DNA of 64,000 nt from an uncultured Alphaproteobacteria bacterium (GTDB lineage Bacteria; Pseudomonadota; Alphaproteobacteria; Rhizobiales; Xanthobacteraceae). Location: NCBI GenBank assembly GCA_963785745.1, contig CAWAWR010000019.1, forward strand, positions 20,662 through 84,661, read 5' to 3'. The notes under the pieces are model-generated. The model worked only from the letters and a program-made list of their open reading frames with translations. It did not search any database and was not told where the DNA came from. Positions 30,306 through 39,860 of the stretch are shown here, piece after piece. The position numbers and the translations under genes were made by a program. How positions within the stretch are numbered: the first letter of the stretch is position 1; each line of letters starts with the position of its first letter.

Positions 30306-31124
30306 ATGACAGCGAAAGCAGGCCAAATCCGCATCGGAATCGGGGGCTGGACGTTCGAGCCGTGGCGCGGCGAGTTCTATCCGAAGGGGCTGCCGCACGC
30401 GAAGGAGCTCAGCTACGCCAGCGAGCGGCTGACCTCGATCGAGGTCAACGGCACGTTCTATCGCACGCAGACGCCGGCCACCTTCCGCAAATGGGCGAGC
30501 GAGGTGCCCGACGGTTTCGTGTTTGCGCTCAAGGGCCCGCGCTACGCGACCAACCGGAGCGTGCTGAAAGAGGCAGGCGAGTCCATCCAGCGGTTCCTGG
30601 ACAGCGGCGTCACCGAGCTCGGACCGCATCTCGGCCCCCTGTTCTGGCAGTTCGCACCGACCAAGAAATTCGACGAAGCCGATTTCGGCGGCTTTCTGGA
30701 ATTGTTACCGAACAAATTCAACGGCTGTCATATTCGGCACGTCGTCGAGGTCCGGCATGACAGTTTCAAGACGCCCGAATTCGCCGCGCTGTTGCGCAAA
30801 TTCTCGATCCCGGCGGTGTACACGGACCATGCGCGTTACCCGAACATTGCCGATGTGACCGGCGACTTCGTGTATGCGCGGCTGCAACGCGGCGATGACA
30901 AGATCCCGACCGCCTATCCTCCCAAGGCCATCTCAGAATGGAGCAGGCGGCTCACCGACTGGGCAAGCGGCGGCGAGCCAGGCGATCTCGAGCGCATCGA
31001 GCCGTCTGCGAAAGGAAAGGGCAAGCCGCGCGACGTCTTCGCCTATGTCATTCACGAAGGAAAAATCCGCGCGCCGGCGGCGGCGATGGCACTGATCGAA
31101 AAAATTGGAAAAGCCGCCTTGTGA
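30306..31124 (+). CDS. DUF72-family protein
   Basis: 272 aa; MTAKAGQIRIGIGGWTFEPWRGEFYP.. is the characteristic DUF72 N-terminus. Confidence 0.75.
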   Translation: MTAKAGQIRIGIGGWTFEPWRGEFYPKGLPHAKELSYASERLTSIEVNGTFYRTQTPATFRKWASEVPDGFVFALKGPRYATNRSVLKEAGESIQRFLDSGVTELGPHLGPLFWQFAPTKKFDEADFGGFLELLPNKFNGCHIRHVVEVRHDSFKTPEFAALLRKFSIPAVYTDHARYPNIADVTGDFVYARLQRGDDKIPTAYPPKAISEWSRRLTDWASGGEPGDLERIEPSAKGKGKPRDVFAYVIHEGKIRAPAAAMALIEKIGKAAL

Positions 31125-31164
31125 CAGGGATATCCCCAGAAGTCACAACTCAACATGACAGCCT

Positions 31165-31215
31165 GAAAACGACAACGACCACGAACCAAGAGGTGCGCGT
31201 ACATCCGGCGTCACC
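31165..31215. repeat. ~45-bp direct repeat, copy 2 (downstream of DUF72); lies in a potential 10-bp-stem hairpin (acgaccacga...tcgtggtcgt)
   Basis: See copy 1; 31178-31218 nearly identical to 30181-30219. Confidence 0.6.
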
Positions 31216-31384
31216 CAATGATCGTGGTCGTCCTGGACGGTATCCGATCTCTCGAAGGCCGCCCCAGCAAAGGAACCTTAGCGGCTCAACTTCGCCTTTG
31301 ACGTCATATAGGTGTCGAATGTGACACCCGCAAGACAGTGGAGAACATTGTTTTTCGCTGTCATGTGCGGCCGTTCGCAAGATC

Positions 31385-31417
31385 GGGAGGGCCACCGTTT
31401 CGCGCCGGTGGCCCTCC
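31385..31417. terminator. 12-bp perfect GC-rich hairpin downstream of the SPFH gene (no clear U-tract)
   Basis: gggagggccaccg tttcgcgc cggtggccctcc. Confidence 0.4.
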
Positions 31418-31424
31418 GTCTTCG

Positions 31425-32576
31425 TCACGCAGCATCGGGCGCCTTCAGCCGCACGAGCTTCGTGAGCAGCGCATCGAGACCTGCACCCTCACCGGCATGC
31501 AGATCGATGCGGCCGACCTTCTCCACCAGGCGCTCGAGCGACTCGAGCTCCTTGAGCCGAAGCAGGAGCGGGTTGTCCTCCATCAGCTTCGCGGTGTTGA
31601 GGAGCGAACGCGTTGCCGCGGTCTCCTCCTGGCGGCGGATCAGGTTCGCCTTCGCGAGCCGCTCCGCCTCCACGACCTTGTTCACCAGCTCGCGGACTTC
31701 GCCCGGCAGGATCACGTCCTTGACGCCAAGCTCGGTCACCTCGATGCCGGTCTCCGCGAGCCGCTCGCGCACGAAGGCACGCAGCTCCGCGTCGAGCGCG
31801 TTCTTCGCCGAGAGCACCTCGTCGAGCGTGCGCGACGCCACCGCCTCGCGGATCGCGAACTGCACCAGCCGGTACAGCCACTCGTCCACATTGGCGACCA
31901 CCGCCACCGTACGCTCCGGATCGACGATCCGGCGGAACGCGGTCAGCGTCACGCGCAGCGCGATGCGGTCCTTGGTCAGCATCTCCTGCGCCGTGATCTC
32001 GAGCGCCTGCGGACGCAGGTCGAGGCGCTTGACCTCGATCTTGCGGCCTGCGGTCCAGAACGCGTGCCGGCCTGCCGGCAGGCGCTCCACGAGACGGCCC
32101 TCGACGTAGAGCAGACCGGCCTCCTGGTTCTCGACCACGTGCTCGGCGACCAGCGAGTTGCGCTCGCGCGCGATCATCGCCAGATGCCGCGGCGAAACCT
32201 TCGCCTCGCCGGCGACGTCGATGCGCTCGACCTCGACCGTGGTCGCGACCTTCCAGAACACGCGGGTCTGCCACGGGCCCATCAGGTGCGTCGGCCGGCC
32301 GTCGAGCTTGACGATCGCGACCTCGTCCGACTTGGTCTCGACCGCCTCGAACATCGCCGCAGCGAGGTCCGGCCGCGCCGCCTTCAGCACGGCGAAACGC
32401 TCCGCCGAGAATTCGGCGCGAACGACATTGTGCAGCTCGGCGGTGAGCTCGCGCCGCGGGTCGAACAGCGAATGACGGCCCGGCTCGAGCACACGCTCGA
32501 GGCGGCCGTTGCGCATGAGGAAGGCGCGCTCGCCGTCCTTCACCGTCACGCGCAGTACAAACAGGTGCCGGGTCAT
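31425..32576 (-). CDS. SPFH/band-7 (stomatin/prohibitin-like) domain protein
   Basis: ORF 31425..32714; likely start MTRHLFVLRVTVKDGERAFLMRNGRL.. at 32576; coiled-coil-rich C-terminus. Confidence 0.65.
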   Translation of the reverse strand: MTRHLFVLRVTVKDGERAFLMRNGRLERVLEPGRHSLFDPRRELTAELHNVVRAEFSAERFAVLKAARPDLAAAMFEAVETKSDEVAIVKLDGRPTHLMGPWQTRVFWKVATTVEVERIDVAGEAKVSPRHLAMIARERNSLVAEHVVENQEAGLLYVEGRLVERLPAGRHAFWTAGRKIEVKRLDLRPQALEITAQEMLTKDRIALRVTLTAFRRIVDPERTVAVVANVDEWLYRLVQFAIREAVASRTLDEVLSAKNALDAELRAFVRERLAETGIEVTELGVKDVILPGEVRELVNKVVEAERLAKANLIRRQEETAATRSLLNTAKLMEDNPLLLRLKELESLERLVEKVGRIDLHAGEGAGLDALLTKLVRLKAPDAA

Positions 32577-32921
32577 GGCACGTCTCCTTCGTTGGCCGTC
32601 CCGGATGGCGACGGCCGGATTTCGTTTCCGAGGAACTGGGTTCCGGACGCGACTTCCCGTGCGACAAGCGGGCCGTGGCTTTAGTCCGCGTGAGCGGCGG
32701 GCGTGCGCATCCACCCGCCGTGCGCAAGCACGGCGGCCGAATGGACGACCCGACGTTCGCGCGGGCGGTATCCGCCGCGGCGCAAAGCCGGTGTTACGGT
32801 GTCGAGATACGAGCGAGGAGCCTTTCGGCGCGACGACCGGACCGCGACTGAAGTGCGCGTCCGGTCCCCTTCATTGGGCAATCAGCTTGGAAGGCTGATG
32901 GATCGGTTTTTCAGGCCGAAC

Positions 32922-32997
32922 CGGAGCGTTGGAGCGGGAGTCGAACCCGCGACAGCATGATTAAATGTCATGTGCTCTCACCACTGAGCTATCCTCG
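32922..32997 (-). tRNA. tRNA-like sequence with UUU (Lys) anticodon-like loop but non-complementary 5' acceptor strand (possible pseudo-tRNA)
   Basis: Minus strand: D-arm TAGCTCAGTGGTGAGAGC, anticodon arm CATGA-CATTTAA-TCATG (A at position 33), T-arm GCGGG-TTCGACT-CCCGC; 3' acceptor TCCAACG does not pair with 5' GCGAGGA; no encoded CCA. Confidence 0.4.
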
Positions 32998-33001
32998 CGT
33001 T

Positions 33002-33071
33002 TGGCGAAAATGACAGGAATCGAACCTGCGCCTCCGGGTCTTCCCCGGCGCTCTCCATGAGCTACATCCTC
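33002..33071 (-). tRNA. tRNA-like sequence with encoded CCA and GGTTCGATT T-loop but short D and anticodon loops (anticodon unclear)
   Basis: Minus strand: GAGGATG-TA-GCTC..GAGC..CCGGG-GAAGA-CCCGG..GCAGG-TTCGATT-CCTGT-CATTTTC-G-CCA; acceptor pairs with two G.U; about 70 nt. Confidence 0.4.
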
Positions 33072-33297
33072 AACCTTCGTTCGGCGGAACACGAAGCCGC
33101 AGCGCGGCCCGCGCCAGCCAGGTGTTTAAAGCCTGGACACAAGGCGTCCCGAAGGAGCGCGGGCGAGTAAAGGTGAAGCAAGGCGGAAAAATGGCCGAGT
33201 TCCATCGCCGTGAAACTCGACCGAAGATTTCAAAAGACGAGATCGCGCGCGCGCAGAAAAGTTCAAGAGCGTCGTCGATCTTATCTCGTTTGTGTCC

Positions 33298-34536
33298 CTA
33301 CTCCGCCGGCTGCGGGATGGACGCGCGCTCCTTCTCGACACTGTTCACCAGCACGGCGATCGCGGCGGTGGCGATGACGAAGCCGAGCGCGATCACCGCG
33401 GTGACGGCGAGCACGAGATCGAATCCGCCGCGCCCGTGCAGCAGCGCGATCAGCGACACCGCGGCGCCCGACACCAGGAAGGTCAGGAAATAGCGTACCG
33501 CGAAGACGCGGCCGCGCCACGCATCGGCGGTGTAGCGCGCGATCACCATGTCGTTGACGGTCACCTGCGCATAAATGCCGATGATCGCGGCGGCGAGCGC
33601 GAACAGGATGGTGATGCCGGTCGCATAGGCCGCCCACAGCACCCCGGCGAACTGCCAGAGCGCGACACCGGCGAACAGGACGTGCAGCGGGAATTTCTCG
33701 ACCAGGCGGCCCATCGCCAGTTGCGCCAGCGCGCCGAATACGAAGATGAGCGTCGCAAGCCCGCCCACCAGGACCAGCGAGACATCGCCGAGCCGCTCGT
33801 CGACGATCTTCGGCAGCGCCACGGTCACGATGTGAAAGACCAGACCGGCGGTGAGCGCAATGACGATAAAGAGACAGAATACGGTCGCGGCCACCCAGGC
33901 AGCGAGCCGCACGTCCGGAGTGGCGTCGCGCTTCACCGACTTGCGATGATCATCGGGAACGAGCCGAAGATAGGCCACCCCCGTGAGGATGCAGACCACC
34001 GCCGGCACGATGAAAGCGCCGCGCCAGCCGATCACGGAGGCGAGCACGGCGGTGATGCCGGCCGCGAACGCAACTCCGAGGTTGCCGCACACGCCGTTGA
34101 AGGCGAGCGAGCGGCCGCGCGAGGTCGCCTGCGCAATCAGCATCGCGGTGCCGACCGGATGGTAGATCGCCGCGAACATGCCGAGCGCCGACAGCGCGAT
34201 CGCGAGCGCGATCAGGTTCGGCGCCAGCGACGCGCCGATCAGCGACATGCCGCAGCCGAAATAGAATAGCGCCATCATGTTGCGCCGGCTCCAGCGGTCC
34301 GCGAGCCAGCCGGCCGGCAGCGAGAAGATTCCGAAGGTGACGAAGGACGCCGTGCCGAGCGCGATGAGCTCGGCATAGGGCCGGCCGTGGATGGCCTCGA
34401 GCGCGATCGCCACGGTCGGGAAGATCAGGATCACATAGTGATCGATCGCATGCGCGAAATTGATGAAGCCGATGGAAATCCGCCGCGCCTGATCGGCGGC
34501 GGCCTGATCGGGGGATGGAGCAGCGACGTCCGCCAT
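33298..34536 (-). CDS. MFS transporter
   Basis: 412 aa, 12 predicted TM; ..GWLADRWSRRNMMAL.. Confidence 0.75.
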   Translation of the reverse strand: MADVAAPSPDQAAADQARRISIGFINFAHAIDHYVILIFPTVAIALEAIHGRPYAELIALGTASFVTFGIFSLPAGWLADRWSRRNMMALFYFGCGMSLIGASLAPNLIALAIALSALGMFAAIYHPVGTAMLIAQATSRGRSLAFNGVCGNLGVAFAAGITAVLASVIGWRGAFIVPAVVCILTGVAYLRLVPDDHRKSVKRDATPDVRLAAWVAATVFCLFIVIALTAGLVFHIVTVALPKIVDERLGDVSLVLVGGLATLIFVFGALAQLAMGRLVEKFPLHVLFAGVALWQFAGVLWAAYATGITILFALAAAIIGIYAQVTVNDMVIARYTADAWRGRVFAVRYFLTFLVSGAAVSLIALLHGRGGFDLVLAVTAVIALGFVIATAAIAVLVNSVEKERASIPQPAE

Positions 34537-34647
34537 GGTTTGGAACCCGGTTCTTATCCATCGCCGGCAAGACTCGGCCCGGCGATCGCGGCTGCCTTGT
34601 TTCTATTGCCTGAGCGGCGGAAAGTCGAGCCGACGCCGCTCAGGAAA

Positions 34648-35805
34648 TCAATCCAGCGTGCGCCGGAAACGGGTGACCGCGATCGCCATGGCGAGCAACA
34701 TCAGCCCCGCGAGCGCGAACGTATCGAAATAGAGGTCTTGCAGCGACGCCCCCTTAAGCATGATCGAACGCACGATGCGCAGGTAGTGCGTCAGCGGCAG
34801 CGCCTCGCCGATCCACTGCGCCCACACCGGCATGCCGGCAAACGGGAACATGAAGCCCGAGAGCAGGATGTTCGGCAGGAAGAACATCAGCGACATCTGC
34901 ATCGCCTGCAGCTGGTTCTGCGCCAGGGTCGAGAACGTGTAGCCGATCGCGAGATTGGCCGTAATGAACAGCGTGCTCAGCATCGCCAGCAGCAGCAGAC
35001 TGCCGAGCAACGGCACGCCAAACAGCAGGATCCCGATACTGAGGATGAGCGCCGCCTGAATGAAGCCGACCATGATGTAGGGCACGATCTTGCCCAGCAT
35101 GATCTCCACCGGCGTGATCGGCATCGACAGCAGGCTTTCCATGGTGCCGCGCTCGATCTCGCGCGTGACCGACAGCGCGGTGAAGATCAGCATGGTCATG
35201 GTGAGGATGGTGCCGACCAGCCCCGGCACGATGTTGAGCGAGGTCTCACCGGCCGGATTGTAGCGGGCGTGGGTGCGGAATTCGAACGGCGACGTCGCGG
35301 CCTCGGGCACGCCGTGGTCGTAGCGCAAGGCCGTCTGCAAGACGCCATTGAGCGCGGCGATGGCCGAGCCCGACGCGATCGGGTCGGTCGCGTCGCTCGC
35401 CACCAGGATCGCCGGGCGGTCGCCGCGCCGCAAGTCGCGCTCGAAGTTGGCCGGTATCTCGATCGCGAACAGCACCTTGCCGGACGCGAGCAGCCGATCG
35501 AATTCCGCTTCGCTGCGCACCAAATGCGTGACCTTGAAGTACTGGGTGTTCTCCAGCGCGCGCAGGATCGAGCGCCCGACGTCGCTGCTTTCCTGCAGCA
35601 GCACCGCGGTCGGCAGATGGCGCGGATTGGTGTTGATCGCGTAGCCGAACAGCAGGAGTTGGATCAGCGGGATCATGATGATCATCGCGAACGACACGCG
35701 GTCGCGCTTGAGCTGGATGAACTCCTTCACCAGCATCGCCCAGGTGCGCCGCCAGAACTCGCCGCGCCGGGACAACCTTGCAGACGGGCTCTGCATCACG
35801 GTCAT
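34648..35805 (-). CDS. ABC-2 type transporter permease
   Basis: 385 aa; N-terminal TM, large periplasmic loop, then 5 C-terminal TM (YhhJ/YbhR-like architecture). Confidence 0.75.
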   Translation of the reverse strand: MTVMQSPSARLSRRGEFWRRTWAMLVKEFIQLKRDRVSFAMIIMIPLIQLLLFGYAINTNPRHLPTAVLLQESSDVGRSILRALENTQYFKVTHLVRSEAEFDRLLASGKVLFAIEIPANFERDLRRGDRPAILVASDATDPIASGSAIAALNGVLQTALRYDHGVPEAATSPFEFRTHARYNPAGETSLNIVPGLVGTILTMTMLIFTALSVTREIERGTMESLLSMPITPVEIMLGKIVPYIMVGFIQAALILSIGILLFGVPLLGSLLLLAMLSTLFITANLAIGYTFSTLAQNQLQAMQMSLMFFLPNILLSGFMFPFAGMPVWAQWIGEALPLTHYLRIVRSIMLKGASLQDLYFDTFALAGLMLLAMAIAVTRFRRTLD

Positions 35806-36743
35806 TGGAAATTGTCCTGCGCCCGGCTCATCAGGTCGATGAACACGTCTTCGAGGGTCGCATCGGAGCGCGCCCAGGTGAGATCGGGGCGTTCGCGATA
35901 GGGCGCGATCGCGGCATCAAGCGCCGCCTGATCGCGTCCGGAGACATGCAGGCTCGACCCGAACGGCGCCGCCATGTCGACGCCCGGGCGATCCGCAAGC
36001 TCGTCGCCGAGCTTGGTCAGGATCTGTGTATCGGGCGCGCTCACGGTGTAGGTGACGAGATGCGCCTGCGCGATCACCTCCGGCACGGTGCCGTGCGCCA
36101 GCAGCACGCCGTAGGCGATGTACGCGATCTCGTGACAGCGCTCGGCCTCGTCCATGTAATGGGTCGAGACCAGCACGGTGAGCCCGAGCGCCGCGAGCGC
36201 ATGGATCTCGTTCCAGAATTCGCGGCGCGCCTTCGGGTCGACGCCGGCAGTCGGCTCGTCGAGCAGCAGAAGCTGCGGGTTCGGCAGGGTACAGGCGCCG
36301 AGCGCCAGGCGCTGTTTCCAGCCGCCGGACAATTCGCCGGCGAGTTGCTCCTCGCGACCGGTGAGGCCAAGCCGCTCGATCATCACGCGCGCCGCCGCGA
36401 CCGGCTTTTCGAGCCCGTAGAGCCGCGCGACGAATTCAAGATTCTCGCGCACCGAGAGGTCCTGATACAGGCTGAAGCGCTGCGTCATGTACCCGACGTG
36501 ACGCTTGATCTCGTCCGCCTGGGTCCTGATGTTGTAGCCGAGGCAGGTCCCCTCGCCTTCGTCCGGCGTCAGCAGCCCGGTCAGCATCCGGATCGTAGTG
36601 GTCTTGCCGGAACCGTTGGGACCGAGAAAACCGTAGATCGTGCCGCGCTTCACCTGCATCGACAGGTCGCGCACGACCTTGCGATTGCCGAACGACTTCG
36701 ACAGCCCGTGCACATCGATGGCGATGTCGGACGCCGGGATCAT
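35802..36743 (-). CDS. ABC transporter ATP-binding protein
   Basis: Start MIPASDIAIDVHGLSKSFG; Walker A GPNGSGKTT, signature LSGGWKQRL, Walker B LLLLDE; ATGA overlap with the upstream HlyD stop. Confidence 0.85.
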   Translation of the reverse strand: MIPASDIAIDVHGLSKSFGNRKVVRDLSMQVKRGTIYGFLGPNGSGKTTTIRMLTGLLTPDEGEGTCLGYNIRTQADEIKRHVGYMTQRFSLYQDLSVRENLEFVARLYGLEKPVAAARVMIERLGLTGREEQLAGELSGGWKQRLALGACTLPNPQLLLLDEPTAGVDPKARREFWNEIHALAALGLTVLVSTHYMDEAERCHEIAYIAYGVLLAHGTVPEVIAQAHLVTYTVSAPDTQILTKLGDELADRPGVDMAAPFGSSLHVSGRDQAALDAAIAPYRERPDLTWARSDATLEDVFIDLMSRAQDNFQ

Positions 36744-37519
36744 TTTGGCCGCTCCTTGGAGCGATCCTTGGGCGCGAGCGTCACGGTGACCGGCTGCCCG
36801 ACCCGCAGCTTTTCGGGGGTCGCCGGTAGGGCCTCCACCATGAAGACGAGTTTGTTGCGCTCTTCCAGGCTGTAGATGACCGGCGGCGTGAATTCGGCGG
36901 TACGGGCGATGAAGCTGACGCGGGCGGTCAGGTCGCCGGGGCAACCGTCGCATTGGATATTGATGGTGTCGTCGAGCGCGATCGTCGGCAGCATCGCCTC
37001 GCTCACGAAGAAGCGCACCTTCATGTTGCCGGGCGGCAATATCGCCACCACCGGCCGCCCCGCGGGAACCAGCTCCCCGACCCGGAAATAGATCTGCTGC
37101 ACCGTGCCGTCCGCCGGGCTGAACGCCTTGCGCCGCGCCAGCTTGGTCTGCGCCGAATTGAGCCGTGCCTGCGTGGAGCGCAGCGCGGACTCGGCTTCGT
37201 CGTATGACTTCTGCGTGCCGGCTGCGGACTTCAGCAGGGCGACCGCGCGATTGAAGGCCTGCTTGGCGTTCTCGACCGCGGCCTCGCGCTCCGCGACCTC
37301 GGCGCGCTGCAGATCGTCGTCGAGCGTGAAGAGCAATGTCTTCGGCTCGACCCGATCGCCCTCGCGCACCGGCTGCTTCTCGATCCGGCCGGTCTCGTCG
37401 GGGCTGACGAAGATCAAGTTCGCCTCGATCCAGCCCTGATAGGCCTGATCCGAATTCTTGGCACAGGCGGCAAGGACGATGAGGCACGCCAGAGATGCAC
37501 GCATTGCGAGGCGGATCAT
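36740..37519 (-). CDS. HlyD-family membrane-fusion/secretion protein
   Basis: 259 aa; N-terminal anchor, coiled-coil, beta-barrel C-terminus typical of HlyD/EmrA-like proteins. Confidence 0.75.
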   Translation of the reverse strand: MIRLAMRASLACLIVLAACAKNSDQAYQGWIEANLIFVSPDETGRIEKQPVREGDRVEPKTLLFTLDDDLQRAEVAEREAAVENAKQAFNRAVALLKSAAGTQKSYDEAESALRSTQARLNSAQTKLARRKAFSPADGTVQQIYFRVGELVPAGRPVVAILPPGNMKVRFFVSEAMLPTIALDDTINIQCDGCPGDLTARVSFIARTAEFTPPVIYSLEERNKLVFMVEALPATPEKLRVGQPVTVTLAPKDRSKERPK

Positions 37520-38205
37520 GACGACGACCTTTCACCGAACAGAATATCCAAATGGGCGCGCATGAGCTCGCGGATGTCGAGCGGCGCGAACCGGTCGAAC
37601 ATTCCGTTCCAGACCAGCGCGACGAGCGCCGGCGCGACCAGAAGCTGCGGAAAACGCGCGAGCGCGTCGCTCGACAGTTCGCCGCGCGCGGCGGCGCGGC
37701 TCATGATGGCGCGCAGCGCTGCCGTCACGCGCTCGATCACCTCGTGATAGTAGAACTCGGCGAGCTTCGGAAACCGCGCGCCCTCGGTGATGACCAGCCG
37801 GATCACGTCCTTGCGACGGGTGCCGAAAATCTCGCGCACGAACAAATCGGCGATGGTTTCCGCGATGACGCGGGCCGGAAGGTCGGCAATCTGCGCGGTC
37901 TCGATGGTGCCGACCATCGGACTGAGCGATGCGCGCACGAGCTCCTGGAACAGGCTCTCCTTGTCGCGGAAGTAGAGGTAGATCGTCCCCTTGGCGACGC
38001 CGGCGCGGCGGGCGACGTCGTCGAGCCGCGTCGCCGCAAAGCCCGAAGCGGCGAACTCTTCGAGCGCGGCGGCGAGGATCGCGTCGCGCCGCTCGGCCTG
38101 GCGGACCGCCCGGACGTTGCGAACCGGCGCCGGCGCGGAGCGGCGGGAGGAAGGCGCCTCCCCTTTCATGCGTTTTGCGGCCTGCTTTCGAGCCATTTGC
38201 GTCAT
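37516..38205 (-). CDS. TetR/AcrR-family transcriptional regulator
   Basis: 229 aa; HTH ..FAATRLDDVARRAGVAKGTIYLYFRDKESLF.. Confidence 0.8.
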   Translation of the reverse strand: MTQMARKQAAKRMKGEAPSSRRSAPAPVRNVRAVRQAERRDAILAAALEEFAASGFAATRLDDVARRAGVAKGTIYLYFRDKESLFQELVRASLSPMVGTIETAQIADLPARVIAETIADLFVREIFGTRRKDVIRLVITEGARFPKLAEFYYHEVIERVTAALRAIMSRAAARGELSSDALARFPQLLVAPALVALVWNGMFDRFAPLDIRELMRAHLDILFGERSSS

Positions 38206-38213
38206 TTCTCAAA

Positions 38214-38233
38214 TGACTGACTGGTCAGTCATA
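38214..38233. promoter_or_regulatory. perfect 20-bp palindrome (ATGACTGAC-TG-GTCAGTCAT), putative TetR operator 8 nt upstream of the tetR-like start
   Basis: aaatgactgactggtcagtcataat directly upstream (minus strand) of start codon 38205. Confidence 0.6.
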
Positions 38234-38677
38234 ATATAGTGCCACTGCTTCTGTTGCAAGAGCGGCCAAAAGGTTCAATCGCCCAATGCGCAGCAGTTCC
38301 CTCGTCCCGAAAGCCGAGGGCACCCTTTCGCGGACCAGTGACGCAGGTCCACAGGTGCACTTGCGCGCCGAAGACGCGCGTGAACGCGCTTCTGCGAGGC
38401 GCCTTGCGTCTCGGCGGAGACGCTCGCCTCTCGGCGCTCCACCTCGGCTCGGTGTTGAGCAATTGATCTTTAGATCGAATTGCCCCTGTTGCTCGATGAG
38501 CATCGCCATAACCCCATTGAAGGAGGCATCAGGCGTGCCGCGATGCGTGGCGCGTTCTCGCCGGTCGAAGCGCCGGCGTTGATGGCACCGACAGCGACCG
38601 GCCAGAGGGTCGAAGTCAGCGGGAACCGGCTATGACCGCCGGGCGTTCTTGTTGCAGTCCCTAAAGGGAGATATCCC

Positions 38678-38974
38678 ATGCGGCAAACACTAACTCGCGG
38701 CCTCGTCCTGGTCCCGCTGCTGATCGGGTCGCCGGTCGTCGCTCAGGTTACGCCCAACCAAGTACCAGAACCTACCGACGGCAGGTCACTCGGCATGCCG
38801 CATCACCAGCAGCAGGCAGACGGCGCCATGAATACGCCGTCGGGGCGCGCCGGTACGGACCAGCCGGGTGTGCACGCACCAACCCAAGATGTGCCCGTAT
38901 TTAAAAACGGAGTGTTCGACGTTCCGGGTGGCGCACGGATATCTGGCAGTGCTCCGCCGTCGCGACCGCCGTGA
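38678..38974 (+). CDS. small secreted protein (signal peptide; Pro/Gln-rich), unknown function
   Basis: MRQTLTRGLVLVPLLIGSPVVAQV..; SD gggagatatccc. Confidence 0.45.
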   Translation: MRQTLTRGLVLVPLLIGSPVVAQVTPNQVPEPTDGRSLGMPHHQQQADGAMNTPSGRAGTDQPGVHAPTQDVPVFKNGVFDVPGGARISGSAPPSRPP

Positions 38975-39062
38975 CAGTCACGACGGGTGCTGCACAGGCG
39001 ATCCGGGCCTTCAGGGCTCACGCACGACGTTGCCTGATCGCTCGTCGCGTCACGCTCTATGC

Positions 39063-39257
39063 TTATCGACCTGAAAGCCAATTCCGGATTGCACGGCCCC
39101 CAAGCCAAACAAGGATGCCCCAGCCGACGATTACAAATCCCAAAGGATCCTTGTTCGGCTGAGCGAAATAGAGCCAGACGACGATCCCAGCAGCGATCAG
39201 GATCACAGCGATCCATGACGCGATCCAATACAACAGATAACCGAGGCGCGGTACCAT
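39063..39257 (-). CDS. small two-TM membrane protein, unknown function
   Basis: MVPRLGYLLYWIASWIAVILIAAGIVVWLYFAQPNKDPLGFVIVGWGILVWLGG. Confidence 0.4.
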   Translation of the reverse strand: MVPRLGYLLYWIASWIAVILIAAGIVVWLYFAQPNKDPLGFVIVGWGILVWLGGRAIRNWLSGR

Positions 39258-39860
39258 TTAGCGAATTGCCTTAGAGCGGCCGGCAAGTGCTCAGAACGGT
39301 GACTGCTCGATTTTGCCGATGACATACTCCCCAATCAACCGCGTTGTTCTATGGGCAAACTGAAAACCCTAGCGCGCCGAAATGGCGCGCCGTCGCGCCG
39401 GATTTTTGCCGGCCCCCTGCAAGTTTTCTTACAGCCCCTGGCCCAGACTTGTTCTGGGCCGAACGGGGGGCGATGATTGGCTACTCAGGCTTCCATTTGA
39501 TCAGAGGGACGGGCTTCAATGGTCGACATCATGACGCTACGGAACGAAACTTCTGAAATGCTGAAAACGGCCACGAGTTACGGCATTGACAAGGAGCATG
39601 GGCAAGCGACAGTCCACGCTGTCAATGCGCAGAACCAAATTCTGATTGCACTCTTGGAAGAAATTCAGGGCCTTCGTGCCGATCTCAAAAACAGATCTAC
39701 ATAGCGATGTTGTACCTACGAAAGACCTATTTTAGGCCAACGCCCGATGGTATTGGTCAGCCAACGGGTCCATTCACTTTCGACGATATTTTACGCGAGG
39801 CATTTACGTCCATCCGATACTGTTGGCGCGTCTAGGTAACTGCGGCTCGGAGATAGGACC

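Noticed and set aside
38250-38680. Overlapping 75-98-aa ORFs in several frames between the TetR operator and the first lower-GC gene
   Set aside because: No SD, no motifs, mutually exclusive frames. Possibly a gene remnant, but not supportable
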